From: an uncultured Gemmatimonadales bacterium
GTDB lineage: Bacteria > Gemmatimonadota > Gemmatimonadetes > Gemmatimonadales > Gemmatimonadaceae
Length of the DNA: 64,000 nt
Assembly: GCA_963701965.1 (NCBI GenBank)
Contig: OY969695.1
Location: 1,536,001-1,600,000 of the forward strand
Direction: 5' to 3'
In this document: positions 47,201-59,197 of the stretch, piece after piece
How the letters are laid out: each line of letters begins with the position of its first letter
How positions within the stretch are numbered: the first letter of the stretch is position 1
Made by a program: the position numbers and the translations under genes
The notes under the pieces: model-generated
Seen by the model: the letters and a program-made list of their open reading frames with translations, nothing else
The model's database searches: none
Told to the model about the DNA's origin: nothing

Positions 47201-48770
47201 CCGCGCGCAGCGCGACGCGCTCGGGGGACGCGCCGGACTGTTCGCGGGTGATCGCGCTGTCAATGGCTCCCGTCGCACTGGCCCCGGCCACCCGCGTCTC
47301 CGCCAACAAAGTGCGAATGCGCGCGCCGCGCTTGCGCACGGAATCCTCCAACACGAACACGGGATGGCGCGCGATCGCCGAGTCGAGACCGGTCGCCGTC
47401 CGATCCGCCAACCGTCGATACCCTTGGGCGATGCCCTGCTCCCGCGCGAGGTACACCACATCGTCCGGCCGCGGCCCTCCCGGCATCGCCCGGCGTACCG
47501 TGTCGAGACGAGCCACATTCTCCTGGGACAAGTCGCGCATATCGGTAATCCGCGCCAACAAGAGCCGGTGCACCTTGGCGTGGTCCGCGTCCACCGTTGC
47601 CAGGACCCGGCTCAACGAATCGCCGGCGGTCGTGTCGCGGGGCGTGCGGATGCCGGCCTTGAGGCGCTGGAGATCGGCGACGCGCGCTTGGGCGCTCGCG
47701 CCCTGGCGCTGGATGGCCCGCTCCGCCAGCGCGACACCGACGTCCGCCGCCCGCACCGCCGCCAGCGCCCGCCCCAGCGAGTCCCGCGCGGCACTGTCCG
47801 GCGTTGTGCGAAAGACGGCTCGTGCCAGCCAGGGAGTTCCCGCCGCGGCGAGTCGCCGTCTGACCTGATCGATGGAGATCACCGAATCGGGCGCCGGCAC
47901 CGGTGGCGCCGCGGGCGCGCCGCCGCTGACGGCGGCGCGCAAGACGTCGATGCCCGACATCGCGCTGTCCGGAAACGCCACGGCCTTCCCGCCCGCAATG
48001 TCGCCCAGCAGCAGCAGATCGGCGGCCCGGGCCGCCACGAGCAAACGGCCGCCGTTCGGGGGGTCGGCCGGCGCCGAGGGCGCGTCGATCACCGCCCGGA
48101 ACGCGCGCGTCGCCTCGTCGTCGTGCCGCAGCGCGAGCGCGCTCTGGGCCTCGATCAGGCGCGCCTCGTCGCGTTCGGGCAGGTCCGGGTACGCGCGCGC
48201 GAACGCGCCGAACCGCTCGCCCGCCTGCGCGATCTTGCCGCTGCGATACAGCGCCCACGCCGCGGTGAGCGACGCCGCGGCGCCGAAGGGACCGTCGGCC
48301 CGCACCGAATCCGCGGCGGCGACCGCGCGGTCATAGTCCCCGGCCTCGTAGGCGTTCTGCGCGGCGCGCAGATGCGTCGGATCGGACGCGGCGAGCGCCG
48401 TCTCCAGTGGCCGCGTGCCGTCGCGATAACCGGCCATCTGTAACTGCGCCTGCAGCACGGGCTGCACCCGCGCCGCATCGGGAGTGTTGGCGAGAGCGGC
48501 GACGGTTGCCGCCAGGCTGTCGTCCATCCCCAGCCGGTAGAAGCACTGGGCGATCAGAAAGCCGCGGGCCGTGGGATCGGCCTTGGGGTCGATCGCCCGG
48601 AGCCGGGTCAGGGCCGCTACCGGACTGCCGGTGGTGAGGTCGAACAGCGCGGCCCGCAGCTCGGCATCGATGGCCCGCGTGTGGTCGAGTGGCGGGACAA
48701 CCGTGGTATCGGGTTGCGCCCGCGCCACGCCCGCCAATCCCGCGAAGAGAACCAGCCACGGAAACCGCAC
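44202..48770 (-). CDS. Large secreted TPR protein (GltD/AgmU-like C-terminal two thirds)
   Basis: Signal peptide, many TPR helices (ALYELG, EALFRLGD, SLYKLGWAHY, LRGEALGYMAVSF, DAQYNAG), C-terminal P.GLS..E..NGW segment. Confidence 0.85.
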   Translation of the reverse strand: MRFPWLVLFAGLAGVARAQPDTTVVPPLDHTRAIDAELRAALFDLTTGSPVAALTRLRAIDPKADPTARGFLIAQCFYRLGMDDSLAATVAALANTPDAARVQPVLQAQLQMAGYRDGTRPLETALAASDPTHLRAAQNAYEAGDYDRAVAAADSVRADGPFGAAASLTAAWALYRSGKIAQAGERFGAFARAYPDLPERDEARLIEAQSALALRHDDEATRAFRAVIDAPSAPADPPNGGRLLVAARAADLLLLGDIAGGKAVAFPDSAMSGIDVLRAAVSGGAPAAPPVPAPDSVISIDQVRRRLAAAGTPWLARAVFRTTPDSAARDSLGRALAAVRAADVGVALAERAIQRQGASAQARVADLQRLKAGIRTPRDTTAGDSLSRVLATVDADHAKVHRLLLARITDMRDLSQENVARLDTVRRAMPGGPRPDDVVYLAREQGIAQGYRRLADRTATGLDSAIARHPVFVLEDSVRKRGARIRTLLAETRVAGASATGAIDSAITREQSGASPERVALRAALTAAQSRRDAAVARLVPIVDRALAARVAALAADRRRDLMAAEFGAASAAFFRYADASRGNPDTAIAALTLALARYPESPLRPGALYELGELLTRRADDRFAATQRGDSAGSAHPDYAEPVARYEELVKRYPTFPEIAGAAYTLGTLYSFAHRYANAIPRFELVAAHPQAPQRPEALFRLGDAQFEMAAGQRGDPRLASLRKAITAYEGAVDAAPKDGDVYFLSLYKLGWAHYNTATAQDPGGYNQAVDVFGRLVDAYDALPPERQQRLGLRGEALGYMAVSFAQIGGAAAADRFFAARADRARLQVPVLRQIAVRLRDQGDFPKAVAAYQELLSAAPDDSSALGTSRAIVDLYQNHTLEPEKAQAARLSLVQKFAPGALWTAANPTYAKEAAATREAALRQSAQFQLAKAQSSPDQRAHYDSAASLYRVYMADYGQADSARIMDIHYADALFGAKDYRGAATAYGRAAFDFPSDSTDPRNAQAAQNAIVAWDSVTAHDKADRAVQDSLFSALDRYADRYPRTDIARKALIAKGRRAADGGQWDVEAETFRRYATLYPTDPYAATAAKQVGDALYKQGRYPDAQRQWDSAAVVARATGRAAFADSIAGVQHSAATAYADSLVKRGAYDQAVRDVYVPIADRSPGTEQAADALRNAIETYLLADTSYRPRAAALAQRLVTEYPQYRYRLQYQMLYSDLLLETRQSDQSIAVLRAVVADNPGWRGRADAEIKLAVRLDSLRRRREAAAVYEQFAADYPADKRAADAQYNAGVTYLEAGDTVAGAKAYGTFAQRFPRDPRIGRVRVARVRLLRATGDTAAARVALDPLCDAVAPPPELRGDCAARAGRRAFDEGVALFQKYKDVALVIPTRAELTAAGVRRASARKQEMLAAVARTFTKAIRSGDPRYLAAGSFYVGYAQWVYGDFLAHVSLPAGLSDSERDAAMRGAAQQAQGYYTQARQTWQALVDKAAPDGIVNGWVDLARQGTQGTVPARPPLDTEIK

Positions 48771-49432
48771 TACGGCGCGACGTCCCGGCTCGTCCAGGTG
48801 GTCTGCGTCACTTGCCCGTTTCGCATGGCGAACTGCACGTAGGTCGTTCCGCCCGCTTGCGTCTCCACCCGCACGCTCGCGGTCCGTGGCTGGCCTCCGA
48901 CGAGCGCCGTGACGGCTACCTGGTGGGGCGCCGGCACGACCGTCGACCGGTACAGCTCATCGACCGCCCCGTTGGCCAGCGCCGAGTTCGCGTACGCCGA
49001 GTACCGGCGCCCCGCGGCCACCCCATCGTCGACGCGGAGACCCAGACTGTCGACGCGTTGACCCGGCGACGCGGAATCGGCGCGGAATTCGACGACCAAC
49101 ACGGCGCCGGCCGGCCGCCGGACAGCATTGGCGAGTGTCTGGAGGCGGGCCCGTTGGGCCAGCAACGCATCCTCGGACACGGTCATGACCGAGTCCAACT
49201 GCCGCAGGGCGAATGTCTCGCGGCTCATCATGAGCGCGATTGCCCGCTCCTCGGCGGCGGTGGCCGCCGCGGATTCCGCCTGCACATCGCGGCGCAGGCG
49301 TTCGACCCGCTGCTCGTCGATCTTCCGCTGGGACGGCGTGATGCTATCCGACTGCGCCGCGGCGACAGCCGATGAGAGGGCCAGCGCCGCGAGCGTCTTG
49401 CCGACCCAAAGATACGTCCGATAAGCTTTCAT
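48770..49432 (-). CDS. Secreted coiled-coil plus beta-sandwich protein heading the TPR/motor cluster
   Basis: GAGAGG RBS, signal peptide, coiled coil, LRVDD..YS..AL.NGAV.ELY..HQV. Stop overlaps the TPR start. Confidence 0.75.
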   Translation of the reverse strand: MKAYRTYLWVGKTLAALALSSAVAAAQSDSITPSQRKIDEQRVERLRRDVQAESAAATAAEERAIALMMSRETFALRQLDSVMTVSEDALLAQRARLQTLANAVRRPAGAVLVVEFRADSASPGQRVDSLGLRVDDGVAAGRRYSAYANSALANGAVDELYRSTVVPAPHQVAVTALVGGQPRTASVRVETQAGGTTYVQFAMRNGQVTQTTWTSRDVAP

Positions 49433-49456
49433 ACCTCTCAACTCCGACCCGGGATC

Positions 49457-50119
49457 ATGCGCGCTTCGTTCGATCGCCTATTCGTCTTGGTGGTACTTGC
49501 TTGCAACACGTCGAGCGGCGCCACCACACACAACGGGGCGACCGCGACGACGATCGCCGCCGCCGCTCCGGGCGACAGTCTCTCCCGCCGCCTCGACGCC
49601 GCGCGCATTCTCGGGGATTCCACCGCGAAAGTGTGGATGATCATGGTGAGCGATTTCCAGTGCCCGTATTGCAAAGAATGGCACGATGCGTCGTTCGCCG
49701 CGCTGCGCCGCGAGTACGTCGACAATGGCAAGGTCCGTCTCGCTTTCTATAACTTCCCGCTGAGCATGCATCCGAACGCCGTGCCGGCCGCCGAGGCGGC
49801 CATGTGCGCGGGGGCGCAGAACAAGTTCTGGCCAATGCACGACGCTCTTTTTGCCTCTCAGGCAACCTGGGCCCCCCGGCCCGATCCGGGACCGGTGTTT
49901 GATTCCCTGGCCACGAAAGTCGGCCTGACCATGTCGGCGTTCAACAGCTGCCGGTCGTCGCACGCCACGCTGCCCCTGATCAATGCCGACCAGGACCGCG
50001 CCAGCCGGGCCGGCGTGCAGTCGACACCGACGATCGTCATTGGGAACAAGTTGATCGCCGGCGCGCAACCGACGGACGTGTTCCGACGGGCCATCGACGC
50101 CGCCCTCGCCGCCAAGTAG
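49457..50119 (+). CDS. DsbA-family thiol-disulfide oxidoreductase (lipoprotein)
   Basis: Lipobox VLAC, SDFQCPYC, GVQSTPT cis-Pro loop, GAQP. Confidence 0.93.
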   Translation: MRASFDRLFVLVVLACNTSSGATTHNGATATTIAAAAPGDSLSRRLDAARILGDSTAKVWMIMVSDFQCPYCKEWHDASFAALRREYVDNGKVRLAFYNFPLSMHPNAVPAAEAAMCAGAQNKFWPMHDALFASQATWAPRPDPGPVFDSLATKVGLTMSAFNSCRSSHATLPLINADQDRASRAGVQSTPTIVIGNKLIAGAQPTDVFRRAIDAALAAK

Positions 50120-50122
50120 CGG

Positions 50123-51412
50123 TTGCATCCACTTCTCCGACCCGCGTACGCCGGGGTCGCCACTCTGGCGACCGCGGCCGCGGGTGCACTTGGGACCTGG
50201 CACCCCACGGGCCCCAAGTGGTTGCGGGCGCTCGGCGCCCGCGCGGGCCTCGATGCCCGATATCGCGCCTGGGGCACCACATACCGTGATCGGGCGCGGC
50301 CGCTGGTTTGGATGCACGCGCCGTCCGTGGGAGAGGCGCTCCAAGCCCGCTCCGTCATCGAGCTCATCCGGGCGGAGCGCCCCTCCTTCCAAGTCGCCTT
50401 CACGTTCTTCTCGCCCAGCGCCGAGGCGCTGGCCAAAAGCCTGACCGAGCGCGGACTCGTCGACTTCGCGGATTACTTGCCGTTCGACGACACGCGGAGT
50501 GTGGACGAGGTCCTCGACGCCTTGGCACCGACCGCGCTGGTGTTCAGCAAACTCGACATCTGGCCGGTGCTCGTCGAGCGCGCGTCGCGTCGCGGGATCC
50601 GGGTGGGATTGATCAGCGCCACCATGAGCGCGACGTCGTCCCGGGGGCGACCCATGGCCCGGGCCGTCCTGGGCGACGCCTACGCGCGACTCGACGCGGT
50701 CGGGGCCATCGACGCCGCGGACGCGGATCGCTTGGTGGCCCTCGGCGCCCGGCGCGAGACAGTCGATGTCACCGGCGACACGCGCTACGACCAGGTGTGG
50801 CGCACCGCGACCGGTGTCGCGGCCGGTTCGTTTCCGCAGCTCGACGCGCGCTATACGTGCGTCGCGGGCTCGACGTGGCCGTCCGACGAGCACGTACTGC
50901 TGCCGGGATGGCTGGGGTCCGACTCCCGGTTGGTCGTCGCGCCGCATGAACCGACACCCGTACACCTGGCGCCACTCGACGCCTGGGCCGCGACCCATGG
51001 CGTCACCTCCGGACATCTGTCGACGCTCCATCACCGCGCCGATCTGGTGGTCGTCGACAGCGTGGGCATGCTGGGGAAGCTCTACGCCCGCGCCAATGTG
51101 GCGTACGTCGGCGGCGGGTTCCACGCGGCGGGACTGCACTCCGTCATCGAGCCGGCGGCCTTCGGCGTCCCGGTCTTGTTTGGCCCGCGACATCAGGGCA
51201 GCCGGGACGCGGGACTCCTGCTGGCGGCGGGTGGGGCGCGGGTCGTCGAGCGACCCGAGGACGTCCACCGGGATTTGAGCGAATGGGCCAGCGACCCGGC
51301 CCGCCGCCGCGCGGCCGGCGAAGCGGCGCGCGAGGTCGTCCGTCAGGGTCTCGGCGCCGCGCGACGCTCGTTGTCCCTGGTCGACCGACTCATGGGCGGC
51401 ACCGCGGGCTGA
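50123..51412 (+). CDS. waaA: 3-deoxy-D-manno-octulosonic acid (KDO) transferase
   Basis: WMHAPSVGE, YLPFD, GDTRYD, AGSTW, APH, YVGGGF..HSVIEPA. Confidence 0.92.
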   Translation: MHPLLRPAYAGVATLATAAAGALGTWHPTGPKWLRALGARAGLDARYRAWGTTYRDRARPLVWMHAPSVGEALQARSVIELIRAERPSFQVAFTFFSPSAEALAKSLTERGLVDFADYLPFDDTRSVDEVLDALAPTALVFSKLDIWPVLVERASRRGIRVGLISATMSATSSRGRPMARAVLGDAYARLDAVGAIDAADADRLVALGARRETVDVTGDTRYDQVWRTATGVAAGSFPQLDARYTCVAGSTWPSDEHVLLPGWLGSDSRLVVAPHEPTPVHLAPLDAWAATHGVTSGHLSTLHHRADLVVVDSVGMLGKLYARANVAYVGGGFHAAGLHSVIEPAAFGVPVLFGPRHQGSRDAGLLLAAGGARVVERPEDVHRDLSEWASDPARRRAAGEAAREVVRQGLGAARRSLSLVDRLMGGTAG

Positions 51413-52593
51413 TAGGTCATCACTTCGGTCGACCGATTGACGAAGAATCCCTGGACCAGATGCACGCCGAGTCCCTGAACGACGGCGAATTCTTCGGCAC
51501 GCTCGACGCCCTCGGCGATCATCTTGGCATCTTGCTCGTTGGCGAAGCGGACCATGGTCTCGACCAGGTTGCGCTTGGTGGCACTGGTATCGATGCCCGA
51601 GATCAGTGAGCTATCGAGCTTGATGAAGTCGGGCTCCAGGTTGGCGATCGACCCGAGGCCGGCGTAGCCACTGCCCGCGTCGTCGACCGCGACGCGAAAT
51701 CCGCGACTCCGGAACTCCTGCATCCGCTCGCGAAACTTGGGATAGTCCTTGATCGCCGTGCGCTCGGTAATTTCGAGCACGATGCGGCTGGCGTCGGCGA
51801 TGTTGTCTTCGCGAAACTCCGGATCGGCGAAGTCGTGCGGCTCGACGTTGAGAAACAGCAGCTGCCCCGGCGCCAGACGTCCGATCTGCTCCAATGCCCT
51901 GGCCCGGCACAGGCGACTCAGCTCCCACATCACGTGGGCCTCGGCCGCCACTTCGAACATCACCATGGGGTTCCGCAGGGTCCGGCGCATCCCCCGGGCC
52001 AGCGCCTCGTAGCCGAACACATCGCCGGACTCGGCGATCACGATGGGGTGAAAATCGACGTACACCGCGCGATCGCGAATGCTGGATTTGAGGTCGCCGA
52101 TGCGGCGCAGGCGCTCGCGCTGCTCGACATCGCCGGCGGCCTTGGCCGCCTCACGCATGGCCCGATAGACGAGGCGTTCCGGCCGCATCCGCGGTTCCAG
52201 CCGCACGCGCGACCGTCCCACGTACATCTCGGCCAACACCGCGATCTCTTCGCCGTGGGCGGCTTCGATACGGGCGGTCACCATGCGCTGCACGGTGTCG
52301 ACGAGCTCCTGACTTTCGCCGTCGCCGACCACGGGCACGTGTACGACGAGGAACCGGTCATCGTGCGGGAACGACGTCAGGGCCCGCGCCACGGTCAGGG
52401 CTCTGGTGGCGAGACACTCCTGGACCGCGCCCGCCGTGGTCTCGAGGACGGCGTCCACCTTTTCCCAGCCGTAGATCTCCTCGATCTTGCGGAAGCGCAC
52501 GAAGTCGAAGTACAGCACCACGAGCTCACCGCGCTCCTGCAACAGTGCGTTGATCTCGTCGATCGCTTCGGCGATCGTGGGAAGCACCGCCAC
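51343..52593 (-). CDS. EAL-domain c-di-GMP phosphodiesterase with degenerate GGDEF-like N-terminal domain
   Basis: GYEALAR, LFLN, LEITE, VDDAGSGY, IKLD, AEGVE, VQGF. N-terminal DFVRFRKIEEIYG..D with HDDRF in place of GGDEF. Confidence 0.9.
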   Translation of the reverse strand: MAVLPTIAEAIDEINALLQERGELVVLYFDFVRFRKIEEIYGWEKVDAVLETTAGAVQECLATRALTVARALTSFPHDDRFLVVHVPVVGDGESQELVDTVQRMVTARIEAAHGEEIAVLAEMYVGRSRVRLEPRMRPERLVYRAMREAAKAAGDVEQRERLRRIGDLKSSIRDRAVYVDFHPIVIAESGDVFGYEALARGMRRTLRNPMVMFEVAAEAHVMWELSRLCRARALEQIGRLAPGQLLFLNVEPHDFADPEFREDNIADASRIVLEITERTAIKDYPKFRERMQEFRSRGFRVAVDDAGSGYAGLGSIANLEPDFIKLDSSLISGIDTSATKRNLVETMVRFANEQDAKMIAEGVERAEEFAVVQGLGVHLVQGFFVNRSTEVMTYQPAVPPMSRSTRDNERRAAPRP

Positions 52594-52594
52594 C

Positions 52595-53239
52595 CTATTT
52601 TCTCGCGCCCACCAACCCGAGCGGCGTCCACGCCACGGAGAATCCGATGCCGGGATCGTTGGGCAAATTGTTGGCGCCCCCGAACGTGCCGAGCAGGCGC
52701 AGCGCGAACTGGGGGGTCAGCTCGAAGTTGCCACCGATGTCGAACCCCACGCCGAGCTTGGTCGATCCATCGCCAAAGGACGAATGATCGATGGACAGGC
52801 GCGGCTCGACGAACGGCGTGATGGCCAGCTGGTTCTTCAACGGGAACCGGTGACCCACGGACAGACCGAACGGAATGCGCAGCACGTTGGCGTTGCCCGG
52901 CGCGTCATAGATGCCGCCCGTCAGCAAGAAATCGAGTGGCACCTCGGCGGATTCGCGGGCGATCTGGTAGCCCAGCGATCCGCCCAGCAGGGCGTGCGTA
53001 TCGTCGTGCGATGGGCTCACGAATCCGACTTCCAGCTCGCCCTGCAGATTGGGCGCGATGCCTTCCCGCCATTGCGCCAGGAGACCGGTGCCTCCGTCGC
53101 CGCCGTTGAAGACGGCGAAGTTGAATTCGCGGCTGACGACGCGGGGGGGCTGGAACGCGGGGTAGTTCCACGCCTGGCCCCAGGCGCGGAGTGGCAGCAA
53201 CAGGACACACACGAGCGGAAGACGAAAGCTGCGCATCAT
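52595..53239 (-). CDS. Putative outer-membrane beta-barrel protein
   Basis: Signal peptide followed by repeated amphipathic Gly/aromatic strands. Confidence 0.6.
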   Translation of the reverse strand: MMRSFRLPLVCVLLLPLRAWGQAWNYPAFQPPRVVSREFNFAVFNGGDGGTGLLAQWREGIAPNLQGELEVGFVSPSHDDTHALLGGSLGYQIARESAEVPLDFLLTGGIYDAPGNANVLRIPFGLSVGHRFPLKNQLAITPFVEPRLSIDHSSFGDGSTKLGVGFDIGGNFELTPQFALRLLGTFGGANNLPNDPGIGFSVAWTPLGLVGARK

Positions 53240-53865
53240 TCGGAATGGCTCCGGAGTTGGTACGAAAGGCCCGCGCCGAACAGGCCATGACGGCGACCGC
53301 CGATCTCGGCGCCCACGATCACGCCGAGACGCGGAGACATCGCCAGCTCGACGCCGGCGCTCACGCGGAACTCGCCGTAGGTGGTGCTCGGCGCGTCTCG
53401 CACGAGCGTGCGTTCGATAAGCAAAAATGGCGCGAGTGAGACGGCGATGCTACGGGACCCGCTCAATCCGGCGCGCCACCCGATCGCCGCGCCAATGGGA
53501 ACGTCGAGTGCTGTCGTGTCGCCCGACGCGCTGGTGCCGCCAATGCCCGCGAATGCCGCGGCGCCCCACGCGCCGCCGCGGGCCAGGAGTGGCAACGGCA
53601 CGGCAATGCGCGCACCGTACTGGAGCATTCGGGAACTGCTCGCGAACGTCGTGCCGGCGCCCGCGTTGAGTTGCCACGACGTCGACGGCGGGGCCCAGGA
53701 CGCGGCGCCCCCGAGAAAACCGGCGCTGCCCGAGCCCCCGGCATTGATGCCGACGCCAATGCCGGGCGCCACGAAGGGACTCTGCAGGACGGGGAGGAGA
53801 GGGATCTGCGCCCGCAGTGCCGGCGCGAGTGCGAGACTCGGGAACAGCACCCACAGGCTTCTCAT
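53236..53865 (-). CDS. Putative outer-membrane beta-barrel protein
   Basis: Signal peptide (LRA/Q), amphipathic strands, terminal GAGLSY strand. Confidence 0.6.
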   Translation of the reverse strand: MRSLWVLFPSLALAPALRAQIPLLPVLQSPFVAPGIGVGINAGGSGSAGFLGGAASWAPPSTSWQLNAGAGTTFASSSRMLQYGARIAVPLPLLARGGAWGAAAFAGIGGTSASGDTTALDVPIGAAIGWRAGLSGSRSIAVSLAPFLLIERTLVRDAPSTTYGEFRVSAGVELAMSPRLGVIVGAEIGGRRHGLFGAGLSYQLRSHSE

Positions 53866-53888
53866 CCTCGGAGGTCCCCCACGTCGCC

Positions 53889-54133
53889 CTAAGCCTCGCT
53901 GGCGCGCTCCGTAACGATGCGCACGTGGTTGTCGACGACTTGCAGGACGCCGCCCTCGACGGTGAACCGCTGGCTCGCCCCGAGTCGTAACACGCCGGTT
54001 CCCAACATGGTGACCATCGCCGCGTGGCGCGGGAGGATGCCGACTTCCCCGTCGAACGCCGGTGCCCGCACCGACTCGACTTCGCCCTCGAAGACGACGC
54101 GCTCGGGCGAGACCACGGACACGTGGAGTGGCA

Positions 54134-54134
<1 letters not shown>
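53889..54134 (-). CDS. atpC: ATP synthase F1 epsilon subunit (short, 81 aa)
   Basis: VVSPE, GEVGILPRHA, VEGG. ATG overlaps the atpD stop. Confidence 0.93.
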
Positions 54135-56427
<2,293 letters not shown>

Positions 56428-56428
56428 G

Positions 56429-58012
<1,584 letters not shown>

Positions 58013-58054
58013 GATTTGGGGGGGGGTCGCAGGGTGCTCGAGTCAGCTACTACA

Positions 58055-58090
58055 GCTTGTGAAAAATATCACAAGCGGACGGTGTTGCAA
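58055..58090 (-). promoter_or_regulatory. atpA promoter overlapped by a Rex/CRP-type palindrome
   Basis: GCTTGTGA-AAAATA-TCACAAGC (58055-58076). On the - strand, TTGCAA-16 bp-TATTTT with a TG extension; the -10 sits in the palindrome spacer. Confidence 0.75.
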
Positions 58091-58092
58091 CC

Positions 58093-58851
58093 CTATCGGA
58101 CGTATGACGCGCCATTTATGTCTATAGTCGTCCCTGTCGCGTGGGGCGCAAGGCCGGACGCGAGGAAGGCGACGACGTTCGCGACGTCCTGCGGGGGCGC
58201 CATGGTGCCCATGGGATTATCCCGCATGAGAGCTTCCATACCGGACAGTTGAATCGCCGGTTCGGCCATTTCGGTCCGGACCCATCCCGGCGCCACCCCA
58301 TAGGCCAGCACCCGGTCACGCCCGTAGCCGCGGGCGATGCTCTTGGTCAGCGCGACGACCGCGCCTTTTGACGCGGCGTAGTGCATATAGTGCGGCTCAT
58401 CGCCGCGGAACGCCGCCCGGCTCGACACATTGATGATCGTCCCGCCGCCCCGCCCCCGAAAATGCCCGATGGCTTCGCGGCAGAGATCGGCGACGGCGAC
58501 GACATTGATCCGCCACGTCATATCCCACGCCGCCCGCCAGGCGGCCGTCGGATCGTCCGGCCCCACGTCGATCGCCACCCCGGCGTTGTTGACCAAGACA
58601 TCGACGTGTCCCTTCCATGCGATCGCGGCCCGCCATAACGTCTCGCCGGCACCGACCGCATCGAGCGGCGCACCCACGGCGTGGCAGCATCCATCCCTTA
58701 ACTCGGACACGATCTTGTCCGCCGCGTCCCGGCGAGACCCGTAGTGGAGCACGACTTGGGCGCCGGCGGCGGCCACGGTCCGCACGATGGCCTCGCCAAT
58801 GCCGCGCGATCCGCCGGTCACGAGCACAACCTTCCCAGAGAGATCAATCAC
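58093..58851 (-). CDS. Short-chain dehydrogenase/reductase
   Basis: TGGSRGIG, NNAG, YAASK, APGW. Confidence 0.95.
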   Translation of the reverse strand: MIDLSGKVVLVTGGSRGIGEAIVRTVAAAGAQVVLHYGSRRDAADKIVSELRDGCCHAVGAPLDAVGAGETLWRAAIAWKGHVDVLVNNAGVAIDVGPDDPTAAWRAAWDMTWRINVVAVADLCREAIGHFRGRGGGTIINVSSRAAFRGDEPHYMHYAASKGAVVALTKSIARGYGRDRVLAYGVAPGWVRTEMAEPAIQLSGMEALMRDNPMGTMAPPQDVANVVAFLASGLAPHATGTTIDINGASYVR

Positions 58852-58873
58852 GCCGAGGAGCTTAGGCGATCCC

Positions 58874-58902
58874 TTGCCGAATATCCACCGGCGACGTATG
58901 TT
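58874..58902 (+). promoter_or_regulatory. Candidate sigma70 promoter for the cold-shock gene
   Basis: TTGCCG-17 bp-TATGTT. Confidence 0.6.
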
Positions 58903-58962
58903 CGCCCCCTTCCGTGGTGGTTAACTGTACGTTCGACACTTTTGCTTGACGGGTAGCGCACA

Positions 58963-59175
58963 ATGCGTACGACGGGCACGGTCAAGTGGTTCAACGACGC
59001 CAAGGGCTTCGGATTCATCACACCGGAGGGCGGACAGAAGGATTGCTTCGTCCACCATTCCGCGATTCAGGGCAAGGGCTTCAAGTCCCTCGCCGAAGGT
59101 GAGCGGGTGGAGTTCGAGATCGTTCAAGGTCAGAAGGGGCCCGCGGCCGAGAACGTGACGAAGATCGCACGCTAG
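58963..59175 (+). CDS. cspA: Cold-shock protein
   Basis: GTVKWFN, KGFGFI, FVHHSAI. Confidence 0.97.
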   Translation: MRTTGTVKWFNDAKGFGFITPEGGQKDCFVHHSAIQGKGFKSLAEGERVEFEIVQGQKGPAAENVTKIAR

Positions 59176-59197
59176 CTCGGCCGACGGTCGTCCGTCG

